Of a DNA stretch of 64,000 nucleotides, positions 40,698 through 50,625 are shown piece by piece. The DNA lies in contig CAMCGZ010000002.1 of assembly GCA_945874535.1 (NCBI GenBank), positions 73,585-137,584 of the forward strand, given 5' to 3'. The notes beneath the pieces were generated by a model. The model did not search any database. It had not been told where the DNA came from and saw only the letters and a program-made list of their open reading frames with translations. Both the position numbers and the translations under genes were made by a program. Numbering within the stretch: position 1 is the first letter of the stretch; the number at the start of each line of letters is the position of its first letter. Source of the DNA: Bdellovibrio sp. ZAP7 (GTDB lineage Bacteria; Bdellovibrionota; UBA1018; CAIMNF01).

Positions 40698-42103
40698 TGA
40701 AACGAAAATTGTTCGGTACTGATGGAATCCGGGCGGAAGCCAATGTTTATCCGATGACCGGCGAAGTCGCCATGCGTGTGGGGCGGGCTCTGGTTTACTC
40801 CCTGCTCCGCGAACGAGACGCTTGGAAGTCGGGGTTCGGCGACCCTTTCCGGAAAAAGAGTGACTCCTCGAAGATCCGTATTGTGATCGGCAAAGACACC
40901 CGTCGCTCGGGTTACATGATCGAGCAGGCGCTCGCCTCGGGTGTTTGCGCCATGGGAGGCGAGGCGATTCTTCTGGGGCCGCTTCCCACCCCCGGTGTCG
41001 CTTTCGTAGCCCAGAGCATGCGGGCCGATGCGGGAGTGATGATTTCAGCCTCCCACAACCCGTTTCATGACAACGGGATCAAGATTTTCGGTCCGGATGG
41101 GTTCAAGGCACCGGATGCTGTCGAGTCGGTGATTGAGGATTGGGTGGCTGACCCGACCCGAATGGATGCCGAGCTGCCTCGCGGGGCCGATATTGGTCGG
41201 GCCTACCGGATCGAGGAAGCTCACGGCCGTTACATCGTTTTTTTGAAGTCGAAATTCCCTGACCATGCCGACCTTTCTGGAATCCGGATCGCGCTCGATT
41301 GTGCGAACGGGGCTGCTTATAAGGCCGCACCGATGGCATTCGAGGAACTCGGCGCCGTTTTGACAACGATCGGGGTCGCACCGAACGGCACCAACATCAA
41401 TCATGAGATCGGTGCCTTGCATCCCGAAAAAATGGCTGAGCTGACCCGGAGATCCAGATCGCAGATCGGGATCGCACTCGACGGTGATGCGGATCGGGTC
41501 ATTCTTTCTGACGAGAACGGTGAGATCCTCGATGGTGACGTCGTGATCGGTCTCTGTGCCCTTGCTATGAAGGAGCGGGGAGAACTGAAACAGGATGCGA
41601 TCGTGACCACCCCCATGTCCAATATCGGACTGGAACTCGCACTCCGGGAAAAAGGGATCACCATGCACCGGGCGAATGTTGGAGACCGGTTCGTGGTCGA
41701 AAAAATGCGATCTGAAGGCCTCAGCCTCGGGGGCGAGCAGTCCGGTCACATCATTTTTTTGGACTCATCGACCACGGGTGACGGCGCGTTAGCCGCATTG
41801 AAGGTGCTCGAGATCATGCAAAAGACCGGGAAGCCCCTCTCCGAGCTCAAGCAGGCGATCCGCCTGTTTCCCCAAACGCTCCTGAACCTCAAGGTCCGAG
41901 AGCGGAAAGACCTTGAAGAATTGGACTCCTATCAGAAGACGCTCAAGAGGTGCCGAGATGGTCTCAAAAAAGGCCGGATCTTTGTTCGTTACTCTGGCAC
42001 CGAGCCCAAACTCCGGATTCTGGTGGAGAGCGAAAGTGCCGCAACCAATGAACGAATTGCCAATCAACTGAAAGATTCACTCATCGAGGACCTCGGACAA
42101 TGA
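40694..42103 (+). CDS. glmM: Phosphoglucosamine mutase
   Basis: …LFGTDGIRA…; active-site …SASHNPFHDNGIK…. Confidence 0.9.
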   Translation: MMKRKLFGTDGIRAEANVYPMTGEVAMRVGRALVYSLLRERDAWKSGFGDPFRKKSDSSKIRIVIGKDTRRSGYMIEQALASGVCAMGGEAILLGPLPTPGVAFVAQSMRADAGVMISASHNPFHDNGIKIFGPDGFKAPDAVESVIEDWVADPTRMDAELPRGADIGRAYRIEEAHGRYIVFLKSKFPDHADLSGIRIALDCANGAAYKAAPMAFEELGAVLTTIGVAPNGTNINHEIGALHPEKMAELTRRSRSQIGIALDGDADRVILSDENGEILDGDVVIGLCALAMKERGELKQDAIVTTPMSNIGLELALREKGITMHRANVGDRFVVEKMRSEGLSLGGEQSGHIIFLDSSTTGDGALAALKVLEIMQKTGKPLSELKQAIRLFPQTLLNLKVRERKDLEELDSYQKTLKRCRDGLKKGRIFVRYSGTEPKLRILVESESAATNERIANQLKDSLIEDLGQ

Positions 42104-42861
42104 ATACCACCCCCTGGCTCATCCCAAGACTGGGAGTCAATATCGATCACATCGCCACACTCAGACAACTCCGCGGAACTCCGTATCCGGACTTGCTCGA
42201 GGCGGCGGCACTGGTGAAGAAAGCCGGTGCCCACCAGCTCACCATTCATTTGCGAGAGGATCGCCGCCACATTCAGGATGCAGACGTCTTCGCCCTCCGG
42301 AAGAAGGGTGGGCTGCCACTCAACCTCGAGTGTGCCTTGGCCCCTTCGATGCTGAAGATCGCTTTGAAAGTGAAGCCCGACTGGGTTTGTCTCGTTCCCG
42401 AGCGTCGGCAAGAGGTGACTACCGAGGGCGGACTCGATGTGAAGAAGTACCGTTCGCGGATCAGGAAGGCGATTGCCGATTTCAAAAAGAAAGGCATCCG
42501 GGTTTCCTTGTTCATCGAGCCGGATGCTTCAGTCGTTAAACTATCGAAAGAGCTTGGTGCCGATGCCGTCGAGATCCATACGGGGAAGTACTGCAATGCG
42601 ACCCAGAAGTTCTACGGTAAGAACAGTTCGAAAATCGAGAAGGTCGAGTTCCGGAGGCTTCAAGACGCGATCCGTGCCGGTCGTGAGGTGGGAATCCATC
42701 TCCATGCCGGGCACGGGTTTGATTTCAAGAATGTCCGGAAGATCGCCGCACTGGACGTGATCGAAGAATTCAATATCGGGCATGCGATTGTTTGCAGGGC
42801 CGCACTGGTCGGTCTCGAGCAGGCAGTCCGCGAGATGCTTTCCGCCATTCACGCTCCGTAA
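42100..42861 (+). CDS. pdxJ: Pyridoxine 5'-phosphate synthase
   Basis: …LGVNIDHIATLRQ…; 253 aa. Confidence 0.85.
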   Translation: MNTTPWLIPRLGVNIDHIATLRQLRGTPYPDLLEAAALVKKAGAHQLTIHLREDRRHIQDADVFALRKKGGLPLNLECALAPSMLKIALKVKPDWVCLVPERRQEVTTEGGLDVKKYRSRIRKAIADFKKKGIRVSLFIEPDASVVKLSKELGADAVEIHTGKYCNATQKFYGKNSSKIEKVEFRRLQDAIRAGREVGIHLHAGHGFDFKNVRKIAALDVIEEFNIGHAIVCRAALVGLEQAVREMLSAIHAP

Positions 42862-42873
42862 GAGAGGGAGTCC

Positions 42874-44463
42874 ATGTATCAACTGAGAATCTGCACCAAT
42901 GAGGAAATGAGGACACTCGATCGCACCGCCGAGACCGAAATGGGAATCGGTCCGGTTTTGCTCATGGAGAATGCCGGGCGCGCGGCGAGCGAGATCATCG
43001 TTCGTGAGTATCCGCGGGCAGGGTTGGATCAGGAGATTCTCGTGTTCGCCGGCAAGGGGAATAACGCGGGTGATGCTTTTGTGGTGGCCCGCCAGTTGCT
43101 CGGTCTCGGCCGTAAGGTCAGGATTTTCCACCTTGTGAAGGGTTCCGAGTACAAGGGCGCCACTTCCGAGAATTTCAAGATCCTGCAACGGATGAAGGCC
43201 AAGCTCACCCACATTGTGGAGGCCCAGGAAATCGAGGCGTTCCTGGCGCAGACGGCGGGCTTCGATCTTGCCATCGACGGGATCATCGGTACCGGCCTCA
43301 AGGGCGATCTTGAGGGCCATTTTTACGATGTGGTCGAAATCATGAACCGGCATTTCAGAGAAATCGTCAGTCTCGACATTCCCACAGGAGTCAGCGGCGA
43401 TTCCGGGCAGGTGAAGGGGATCGCCATCGAGGCCTCTCTCACGATTTCTTTCGGCTTCCCCCGGCTCGGGCATTTTCTCCCTCCCGGGGCCAACACCCGG
43501 GGCAAGCTGGTGAATGTGGATATCTCGCTCCCGCACCGCTTTTCGGTCGAGGGTGACAAGTTTTTACTCCAGGCCAAGACCGTCGCGAGAAAGATCCTGC
43601 GCAGGGATCGTTACGCACATAAGAACACCTTCGGTCACGTGCTGCTGATCGGCGGGTCTCCCGGAAGAACCGGAGCGATCGCCATGGCAACGCACGCGGC
43701 CCTCCGGACCGGAGCAGGTCTCGCCACAGCCGCAACCTGGGGGGATTCCATGCGCGATCTGGTTTCCCAGGTCCCAGCAGAGTCCATGACCTGGTCGATT
43801 CCCGAGAGTGAGCGCGGATATGAGAAATATTCCGAACAGCTTTCCCAGTTTTCGGCCTTGGTGATGGGCCCCGGAATGGGGAATCGCCCGGAGGCACGTC
43901 GCCTGTTGGAGAATGTGCTCGGTTATTTTCCGGGACCGGTGGTTCTCGATGCCGACGCTTTGAACCTGATTTCCGAACATGGGATGCATTCGCTTTGCCA
44001 GCGTCGTAAGGCACCCACGGTTCTGACCCCCCATCCCGGTGAAATGGCCCGTTTGGTCGGTTGGAAGAAAGACCAGGTGGTGAATGATCCGATCGGGGCG
44101 CTGAAGCGTGCGGTGGATCTCACTCACTCTGTGGTCCTACTGAAGGGGGCAGCGACCTTGATGCTCTCTCCTGATGAGACCATGTATTTGAATCATTTTC
44201 CGAATTCCGGCATGGCGACGGCCGGATCCGGAGACGTTTTGGCCGGCATGATCGGTGGCTTGCTTGCACAGGGAATTCCCGGATTCGATGCGACCCAAGT
44301 GGGAGTGTACCTTCATTCTCTTGCAGGTGCCCGGGCCGCACGTAAGGTGAGTCCGAGGGGCATGATGGCGGGTGACATCATCCGTTCGATTCCCGGCGCT
44401 TACCTGGAGCTCCAGAAAAGATATGGCGAAGAAGAAGAACCTCGAATGGCCCGATTGCTCTGA
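42874..44463 (+). CDS. nnr: Bifunctional NAD(P)H-hydrate repair enzyme Nnr (YjeF_N epimerase + carbohydrate-kinase-like dehydratase)
   Basis: Two-domain 529-aa protein; C-terminal …AGSGDVLAGMIGGLLAQG…. Confidence 0.8.
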   Translation: MYQLRICTNEEMRTLDRTAETEMGIGPVLLMENAGRAASEIIVREYPRAGLDQEILVFAGKGNNAGDAFVVARQLLGLGRKVRIFHLVKGSEYKGATSENFKILQRMKAKLTHIVEAQEIEAFLAQTAGFDLAIDGIIGTGLKGDLEGHFYDVVEIMNRHFREIVSLDIPTGVSGDSGQVKGIAIEASLTISFGFPRLGHFLPPGANTRGKLVNVDISLPHRFSVEGDKFLLQAKTVARKILRRDRYAHKNTFGHVLLIGGSPGRTGAIAMATHAALRTGAGLATAATWGDSMRDLVSQVPAESMTWSIPESERGYEKYSEQLSQFSALVMGPGMGNRPEARRLLENVLGYFPGPVVLDADALNLISEHGMHSLCQRRKAPTVLTPHPGEMARLVGWKKDQVVNDPIGALKRAVDLTHSVVLLKGAATLMLSPDETMYLNHFPNSGMATAGSGDVLAGMIGGLLAQGIPGFDATQVGVYLHSLAGARAARKVSPRGMMAGDIIRSIPGAYLELQKRYGEEEEPRMARLL

Positions 44464-44896
44464 GGAGGGGCTCCGGGATCGACTGCAGGAGATCCTCGGG
44501 GATAGCTTCGGTCCCGACACTTTGGTGTTTCTCGAAGGAGAAATGGGTGCCGGTAAATCGACCCTTGCACGGATCGTGATCGAGGCGCTTTGTCCGGGTG
44601 CGATGTCGCACGGAAGCCCCACTTTTCCTTTGGTTCAAACTTACAGGACCCCGGCCGGCATGCCGGTTTATCACATCGATTTGTATCGGCTCCGGAATCC
44701 TTCTGAGTTAGAGGATTCTGGCATTCTCGAGCAATTCGAGGAGAAGGGTTGTCTGGTGTTGGTCGAATGGGGTTCCCTTTTCCGGGATGACCTGCAAGTT
44801 TATCGTGAGACCCCTGAAAGAATCGGAAAACGGACCGTGCAGATCCGGATCGATTCGGAGGGTGGAGACCTCAGGACCTACCGGATCAGCGTTTAA
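44423..44896 (+). CDS. tsaE: tRNA t6A37 biosynthesis ATPase TsaE (YjeE)
   Basis: Start at MAKKKNLEW…; P-loop …GEMGAGKST…. Confidence 0.75.
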   Translation: MAKKKNLEWPDCSEEGLRDRLQEILGDSFGPDTLVFLEGEMGAGKSTLARIVIEALCPGAMSHGSPTFPLVQTYRTPAGMPVYHIDLYRLRNPSELEDSGILEQFEEKGCLVLVEWGSLFRDDLQVYRETPERIGKRTVQIRIDSEGGDLRTYRISV

Positions 44897-45543
44897 GAGG
44901 CGAAGTCGATCTCGATTCCACCGCCGTCATCGCTGTCATCACCCGATTCTTTCTCTCCTGTGCCCTCCAGCAGAGAGTAGACCTTTTCTTTTTCGAGAAG
45001 CAGGGAACGCTGGGTGATCAACACGTACATCCGGCTGGTGTGATCTCTCGACCGAACCGTCTGGATCCAGGAATCGTCCGGAGCGCAAAATGCATCGGCT
45101 TCGAAGAAGTCTTTTTTTGCCGAGAACTCCTGGAATGAAATGGCGATCCCCAACGCTTCGAGTTCGAGTTTCATTCCGCGGTAAGCTTCTTCGCGCCACT
45201 CTTCGATTTTTCCGATGGAGTGGGGGACCGCCTTCATGAATCTGAAACCCGATCCATCGTCCTCAAAATGCAATTCGACGATCACTCCGAGATGGGCCAA
45301 GGGGGTGTCTGCCGCAGGCGAAGCTTCCTCAGTCAGAGAAATGCCCTCACGGTCCGGGCTGAAAGTTTCTGCGAGGGGAGCTTCCGGGGTGATGGATCCT
45401 GACTGTTCCAGTTTGAGTCGGGAGGCCTCACGCTCCAGGATCACCTGCGGATTCAACAGCATGGTGACTCCGGGCACGGCCGAATTGAATTCATCCACTA
45501 CGATCGAGCTGGTGGTTTCCTGCTTCTTTTTCGGATCGCCCAT
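44893..45543 (-). CDS. Hypothetical acidic protein
   Basis: 216 aa, Asp/Glu-rich C-terminus; no family. Confidence 0.35.
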   Translation of the reverse strand: MGDPKKKQETTSSIVVDEFNSAVPGVTMLLNPQVILEREASRLKLEQSGSITPEAPLAETFSPDREGISLTEEASPAADTPLAHLGVIVELHFEDDGSGFRFMKAVPHSIGKIEEWREEAYRGMKLELEALGIAISFQEFSAKKDFFEADAFCAPDDSWIQTVRSRDHTSRMYVLITQRSLLLEKEKVYSLLEGTGEKESGDDSDDGGGIEIDFAS

Positions 45544-45783
45544 GTCAAAAATCCCTCGAGATCTGATCGGATGAATCAGGAATTTCTGAAGAACAAAGCG
45601 ACACGAAGTTGACGAATGCGGTTTTATTAGTTTTAAGTAGCTGAAATAACGAACTATTTTTTATTAATTCAATAGAGACAATATAGTTGACTTGAGTGAG
45701 CAAATAATGGTAAAACCCCTTTGCGCTCGGGTGTGTCATTCGAGCGGAAGTATCATGCCCTAAAACGCGCAGGAGGTAGTCAG

Positions 45784-46302
45784 ATGCGTTTAACATCCAA
45801 AGGCCGTTATGCAGTCCGTGCCATTCTCGATCTTTCGTTCCATTCGAACGGAAAGCCCGTCCGCTTGCAGGAGATCTCCGAGCGGCAAAACATTTCGCTC
45901 CATTATTTGGAACAATTGTTCCGCAGACTCCGTAAGGGCTCCGTCGTGAAGTCGGTGCGTGGACCGGGGGGCGGCTACGTGCTGGCCCGGACCATGGACG
46001 AAATTTCAGTTCGTGAGGTCCTGACGTCTGTCGGCGAAAACATCAATCCTGCCAAAGATTTGATCGGAAGCGGTGATCTGAAGAGCGATACGGTGGAGTT
46101 CGTTCTCACCAAATCCTACTTCGAGAACCTGGGAACCATCATGCAGGATTATCTGACCACCACCAGCGTGGGAGATTTGATCCGTAAGGCTCGCGGGCAA
46201 CAGGAACTTCCCAAGTCGGGGACCCAGTTGCTGAACCGGAACAGCTCTTCCGGAGCGGGAAGCGTGACGCCGGATGTGGCAAAAGAACGTCCACTATCTT
46301 GA
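45784..46302 (+). CDS. Rrf2-family transcriptional regulator (no Cys ligands, so not an Fe-S-binding IscR type)
   Basis: MRLTSKGRYAVRAILDL… HTH typical of Rrf2; zero cysteines in the protein. Confidence 0.75.
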   Translation: MRLTSKGRYAVRAILDLSFHSNGKPVRLQEISERQNISLHYLEQLFRRLRKGSVVKSVRGPGGGYVLARTMDEISVREVLTSVGENINPAKDLIGSGDLKSDTVEFVLTKSYFENLGTIMQDYLTTTSVGDLIRKARGQQELPKSGTQLLNRNSSSGAGSVTPDVAKERPLS

Positions 46303-47443
46303 TTACAACGCTTCTGCGGGCGTCAGCCATTCGGTCAGGGATCGTCTGATCTCGTTCCTCGAGAACGGGGAGTTGTTCCTGGCGAATCCATCCAGCCGGC
46401 ATCGGCCGGGTCAGAAAATGCAACACCTCATGTACGAGGCCTCCCTGGTGGTGGCCCGTACGCTCGGGGGTGCGGTTTCACCCGACGAATTGGTCTGGGT
46501 TTCCTCCGGAACGGAGGCGAGTCAGACCGTGATCCGGAGCTTGGAGCGGAGCGTGGAGGGTGTGATCATCGGTGCCGGTGAGCATTCTGCCAGCCACGAT
46601 CTGCTCGAGGACCTGGGTGTTCCGTTCAAGGCGGAGCTGCCCCTCCTTCCGGAGGGCTCTTACGATCTGGTTCGACTCGCAGAATTGTTGAAGGACGCCC
46701 GTGACCGGGGACTCCGGTCGATCGGACTCAGTTTGTTCTGGGCGAACAATGAAACCGGCGTACTGACTCCGCTGGCGGAATTGTCCCGGATCATCCGAGA
46801 TGCCGGTGTGGAGGTGCGTCTGCACCTCGATGGAGCCCAAGTCTGGGGAAAAATCCCGCTCGATGTCCACGCCACTCCGGCGGATTACATTTCATTTTCA
46901 GCTCACAAGATCGGTGCTCCGGCAGGAACCGGAATCATCTGGAAACGACCGGGATCCAAACTCCTTCCTCTGCTGCCCGGGACACAGAGCTCCGGACTTC
47001 GTGGCGGAACTGAGAATTTGCTGGGTATGATGGCAACTCGCTTTGCCTGTGAAGGTCTCGATCCTTTCGGGTTTCATCAAAAAACCATGGTGCTGCAGCG
47101 TCGACTCGAGGAGGGGCTCGTTCGGATCGATCCTTCCATCCAGATCTGGGGTTGGCAGGAGCGCAGGATATCGAATACGACCCGTTTCAGCTTCAAACAG
47201 TTCCAGTCTTACGAGAATTGGATCGAGTTACTCGACCTGAGGGGATTCGCTGTGAGTCACGGCAGTGCCTGCAAGGCGAGAGTGATCGAACCCTCGAGAG
47301 TGCTCATCGCCATGGGGGCGAGTCGTGAATCGGCACTGAACTCGATTCGCGTCTCTTTCGGCCCGGAAAACACCCCCGATGAGGTCGATGGTTTCTTGCG
47401 TGCCCTGGCGGAGATTCTCGACCAGAAGGGGCGTGCCTCATGA
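46274..47443 (+). CDS. Cysteine desulfurase (class V aminotransferase, IscS/NifS-like)
   Basis: PLP-Lys …FSAHKIGAPAG…; active Cys …SHGSACKA…. Confidence 0.8.
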   Translation: MWQKNVHYLDYNASAGVSHSVRDRLISFLENGELFLANPSSRHRPGQKMQHLMYEASLVVARTLGGAVSPDELVWVSSGTEASQTVIRSLERSVEGVIIGAGEHSASHDLLEDLGVPFKAELPLLPEGSYDLVRLAELLKDARDRGLRSIGLSLFWANNETGVLTPLAELSRIIRDAGVEVRLHLDGAQVWGKIPLDVHATPADYISFSAHKIGAPAGTGIIWKRPGSKLLPLLPGTQSSGLRGGTENLLGMMATRFACEGLDPFGFHQKTMVLQRRLEEGLVRIDPSIQIWGWQERRISNTTRFSFKQFQSYENWIELLDLRGFAVSHGSACKARVIEPSRVLIAMGASRESALNSIRVSFGPENTPDEVDGFLRALAEILDQKGRAS

Positions 47444-48477
47444 AGATCCTCGTGGCGATCAGTGGCGGGCCCAAAAGCATCGTGACTGCCTGGCTCCTGA
47501 AGAAACAGGGGTTCCAGGTACGCGGCATTCATTTCGATTTGAGTGGTTCTGAAAAACAGGCCGACAAACTCCAGGAACTCGAGCGCAAGCTGGGACTCCA
47601 GATTCAGCGCGTCCCCGCCAGGGCGGAGTGGCTCAGGGTCGTCAAGCTCGAGCTCGAATCTGCAGATTCCAATGGAGCCCGCTTCAATCCCAAGCATGTG
47701 TTTCACACCCGCGTGTTGTTTCCCCATCTCCTCGAGGCCGCTCGCCAGTTCAAGAGCGACCGCATCGCGGGAGGCTATGCGGTGACTTTGCAGGAGGATC
47801 CTTCCGCGGGATTGACCCGTGTGGTTCAGGGTGCCGGGTCCGAGTTGGATGCGATTCTGCTTCTGGCCGGATGCGGACAGAACGAGCTCTCCAAGATGAT
47901 GTTGCCGGTCGGATCGATTCCGGGAAGCATGCTCGAAAAGCTCACCGAGGAAGTCGCGCCCGAGGAGATCATCCGCGATTTCGAAGTCGACTGGAACCAA
48001 CTGTCCAACGATCCTGAATTGGCTTCCGCCAACCGCAGTCGTGGAACTTATAAAGTGATGACCGATACCCGTGAGCTGCTCGGAGAATCTCCCGTTCACC
48101 TGTTGGAGACTGGCAGTGTTTGGAAGCATCCTGCCCATTCAGAGAGGACTTACCGGGTGAAGGCGCTGTTTCGTGCCGAGTCGGTGGTCGAGGTGGTGGA
48201 GGATTTCGATGCAGTCTATCAGGAACTGCACCTGGATGAGGCCTATTGGTTTGTGAGACCGGACCCGGGCATGCGGGAGATCCGGACCGGGCTCCTTTTT
48301 CAGGGGGCGGAGCGTCCACTGACGGTGAGATTGGTTCAATTTGAAGGCAACCGCCAGAAGGTCGTGTTCGAAGAACCGGTAAAAGTATCAGCCATTTCTC
48401 TCGAAAAGGGCCAAGGGGTGCTCTGGATGGAGAATCAGGAAATCCTCGGCGGGGCAAGGATTCTGGTGATGAAATGA
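47440..48477 (+). CDS. MnmA-like PP-loop tRNA-thiolase homologue (degenerate PP-loop SGGPKS; catalytic Cys positions apparently not conserved)
   Basis: MKILVAISGGPKSIVTAWLLKKQGFQV… N-terminal PP-loop-like fold, ~345 aa, located after a cysteine desulfurase gene. Confidence 0.45.
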   Translation: MKILVAISGGPKSIVTAWLLKKQGFQVRGIHFDLSGSEKQADKLQELERKLGLQIQRVPARAEWLRVVKLELESADSNGARFNPKHVFHTRVLFPHLLEAARQFKSDRIAGGYAVTLQEDPSAGLTRVVQGAGSELDAILLLAGCGQNELSKMMLPVGSIPGSMLEKLTEEVAPEEIIRDFEVDWNQLSNDPELASANRSRGTYKVMTDTRELLGESPVHLLETGSVWKHPAHSERTYRVKALFRAESVVEVVEDFDAVYQELHLDEAYWFVRPDPGMREIRTGLLFQGAERPLTVRLVQFEGNRQKVVFEEPVKVSAISLEKGQGVLWMENQEILGGARILVMK

Positions 48478-49898
48478 AGCAGAGATTCCTGGTCAAGACA
48501 CTCGGATGCAAGGCCAACTCGTCGGATGGCCAGCAAATTGAAGCGGGCTTACTCAAGCACGGTTGGAGTCCTGCGACCGGCGATACCGATGCCGATGTCA
48601 TCGTGGTCAACTCTTGCACGGTGACCGATGAGGCCGATCGTCAGTCCAGAAAACTCGTCCGGGATCTGGCCCGTAAGAATCCCTCAGTCCGCGTGATCTA
48701 CACCGGATGTGGTGCGGAGGTCGACCCCGAGGCGGCATTGAAAATTCCGGGTGTCAGCGCAGTAATCGGAAATCAGGATAAGGATCGTGCCGCCGACCGG
48801 ATCGTGGAACATCTGGAGGCGGCCCCCTCAGAACCGGAAATTCTTGGGACCGTTCGGGGCTATCAGGAGTTCCGTTCCCGTCATCCCATGGATCGTGAAT
48901 GGGCCATGCCATCGACCGGGGCCGAAGAGCTCTTGAGTCTTGATCCATCCGCTTCCACCTTCAGGACTCGTGCGTTCATCAAGGTTCAAGAAGGGTGCGA
49001 TGCATTCTGCACGTATTGTGTGATTCCCTACGGAAGGGGGCCGGCACGGAGTCTCAGAATCGAAGAGATCGTCGATCAGGTGAAACGCCTGAGAGACGAG
49101 GGGATCCGTGAAGTGATCCTGACCGGAACGAACATCGGTGATTACGGAATCGATTGGTCCGGTCAGCCCCGGGTCGACGATCTGATCGAGTCCATCCTGC
49201 TCCATTCCGGAATCGAACGTCTGAGAGTGGGGTCTCTCGATCCGACAGAAATTTCAGAACGGATGATTTCCATGATGGAGGACATCGAGTCTTTTTGCCC
49301 TCACTTTCACGTATCCCTCCAGCATACCGAGTCACGGATTCTGAAGCTCATGAAGCGGAAGTACACAGGCGTTGATGTGGAGGCTAGTCTGGATCGTCTC
49401 GGTTCGATGAAAAGGCGTCCTTTCATCGGAATGGATCTCATCACCGGATTTCCGGGTGAATCTGAAGAAGAGTTTCAAGCCATGGAAGAGCGCCTGAGCC
49501 GATGGCATTGGTCGCGGCTTCATGTGTTCCCATACAGTGAACGTTCCGGTACTCCCGCCACCCGTCTTCCGGATTCGGTGGAGTTCTCCGCCAGGAAGGA
49601 GCGGGCCCGTCGCCTGCTTGCGATCAGTCTGGAGCGAATGACCCGCCGTTTTTCGGATATCCGTGCCGGGGGCCTGGATCGAATCGATGGCGTACTGGTG
49701 GAAGGGCGTGTGAAGGGGCCGGATGGAACGAGGGCCTGGCTCTCGGGCTATTCCCCGGACTATCAAAGGGTGCTGTTCCCGGAGGTTGCCGCATCTCCGG
49801 GCCTCACGCGGAACCGGATCGTACCCGTTAAGATCGGTCGTTGGTTTGTCGATCGGGCATCGGGAGAGGTTTCTTGGATCGGAGAGTGTCATGCCTGA
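48474..49898 (+). CDS. Radical-SAM methylthiotransferase, MiaB/MtaB family
   Basis: N-terminal MTTase Cys (LGCKAN…NSCTVT…), radical SAM CDAFCTYC, C-terminal TRAM-like region. Confidence 0.8.
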   Translation: MKQRFLVKTLGCKANSSDGQQIEAGLLKHGWSPATGDTDADVIVVNSCTVTDEADRQSRKLVRDLARKNPSVRVIYTGCGAEVDPEAALKIPGVSAVIGNQDKDRAADRIVEHLEAAPSEPEILGTVRGYQEFRSRHPMDREWAMPSTGAEELLSLDPSASTFRTRAFIKVQEGCDAFCTYCVIPYGRGPARSLRIEEIVDQVKRLRDEGIREVILTGTNIGDYGIDWSGQPRVDDLIESILLHSGIERLRVGSLDPTEISERMISMMEDIESFCPHFHVSLQHTESRILKLMKRKYTGVDVEASLDRLGSMKRRPFIGMDLITGFPGESEEEFQAMEERLSRWHWSRLHVFPYSERSGTPATRLPDSVEFSARKERARRLLAISLERMTRRFSDIRAGGLDRIDGVLVEGRVKGPDGTRAWLSGYSPDYQRVLFPEVAASPGLTRNRIVPVKIGRWFVDRASGEVSWIGECHA

Positions 49899-50625
49899 TC
49901 AGAAGCCACAGACCCTGCATGGGCTCCAGGACCAGATCCGTTATCCGTTCGGAGATCCGAGGCTATTGATTCTCGCATTGACCCACGTCTCATACGGGCA
50001 GGAGAATCACCAGGAGCGTCTTCCGGTTCAGCGGAACAACGAACGTCTCGAGTTTCTGGGTGACTCAGTTCTGGGCTTGGTGATTTCGGATCTGTTGTTG
50101 GAAGCCTTTCCTGAAGCGAGTGAAGGGCAGTTGTCCAAGATGCGGGCGGCGGTGGTGAATGAGAAGACTCTGAGTGAGATCTCGAAAAGCCTGAGGCTGA
50201 GTGGTTTGATGCTTCTCGGGAAGGGGGAGATGCGCACCGGCGGAAACGAGAAGGCATCGATCCTTTCGAGTGCCTTCGAGGCATTGATTGCCGCCATCTA
50301 CATCGATGGGGGATTCAATGCGGTTTACCCTGTGGTCCGGTATCTCTTCGCACCACTTTTCAGGTCGGAAAACTGCTCGATTTCCTTTCAAGATCACAAA
50401 ACCAGACTTCAAGAGTTGATCCAGAGCCGGTACCGGCTCACTCCGACTTACCACCTGATCGCTTCGAGCGGTCCGGACCATGCCAAGGTCTTCACGGTGG
50501 AGGTCCGGGTCAAGGACCGGGTGCTCGCATCGAGCGAAGGTTCTTCAAAAAAGAATGCCGAGCAAAACGCGGCCTGTGAGGCCCTCCGGATTCTTCCGGA
50601 AATGGACGGAGGATTCGAGAAATGA
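49891..50625 (+). CDS. rnc: Ribonuclease III
   Basis: Start at MPDQKPQTL…; signature …ERLEFLGDSVL…; C-terminal dsRBD. Confidence 0.85.
   Translation: MPDQKPQTLHGLQDQIRYPFGDPRLLILALTHVSYGQENHQERLPVQRNNERLEFLGDSVLGLVISDLLLEAFPEASEGQLSKMRAAVVNEKTLSEISKSLRLSGLMLLGKGEMRTGGNEKASILSSAFEALIAAIYIDGGFNAVYPVVRYLFAPLFRSENCSISFQDHKTRLQELIQSRYRLTPTYHLIASSGPDHAKVFTVEVRVKDRVLASSEGSSKKNAEQNAACEALRILPEMDGGFEK

Noticed and set aside
45544-45783. AT-rich 240-bp intergenic region upstream of the Rrf2 gene with TTGACT…ATAATG-like hexamers
   Set aside because: Probably just the Rrf2/cysteine-desulfurase operon promoter and operator. Spacing of the candidate -35/-10 is not canonical, so no specific site was called.
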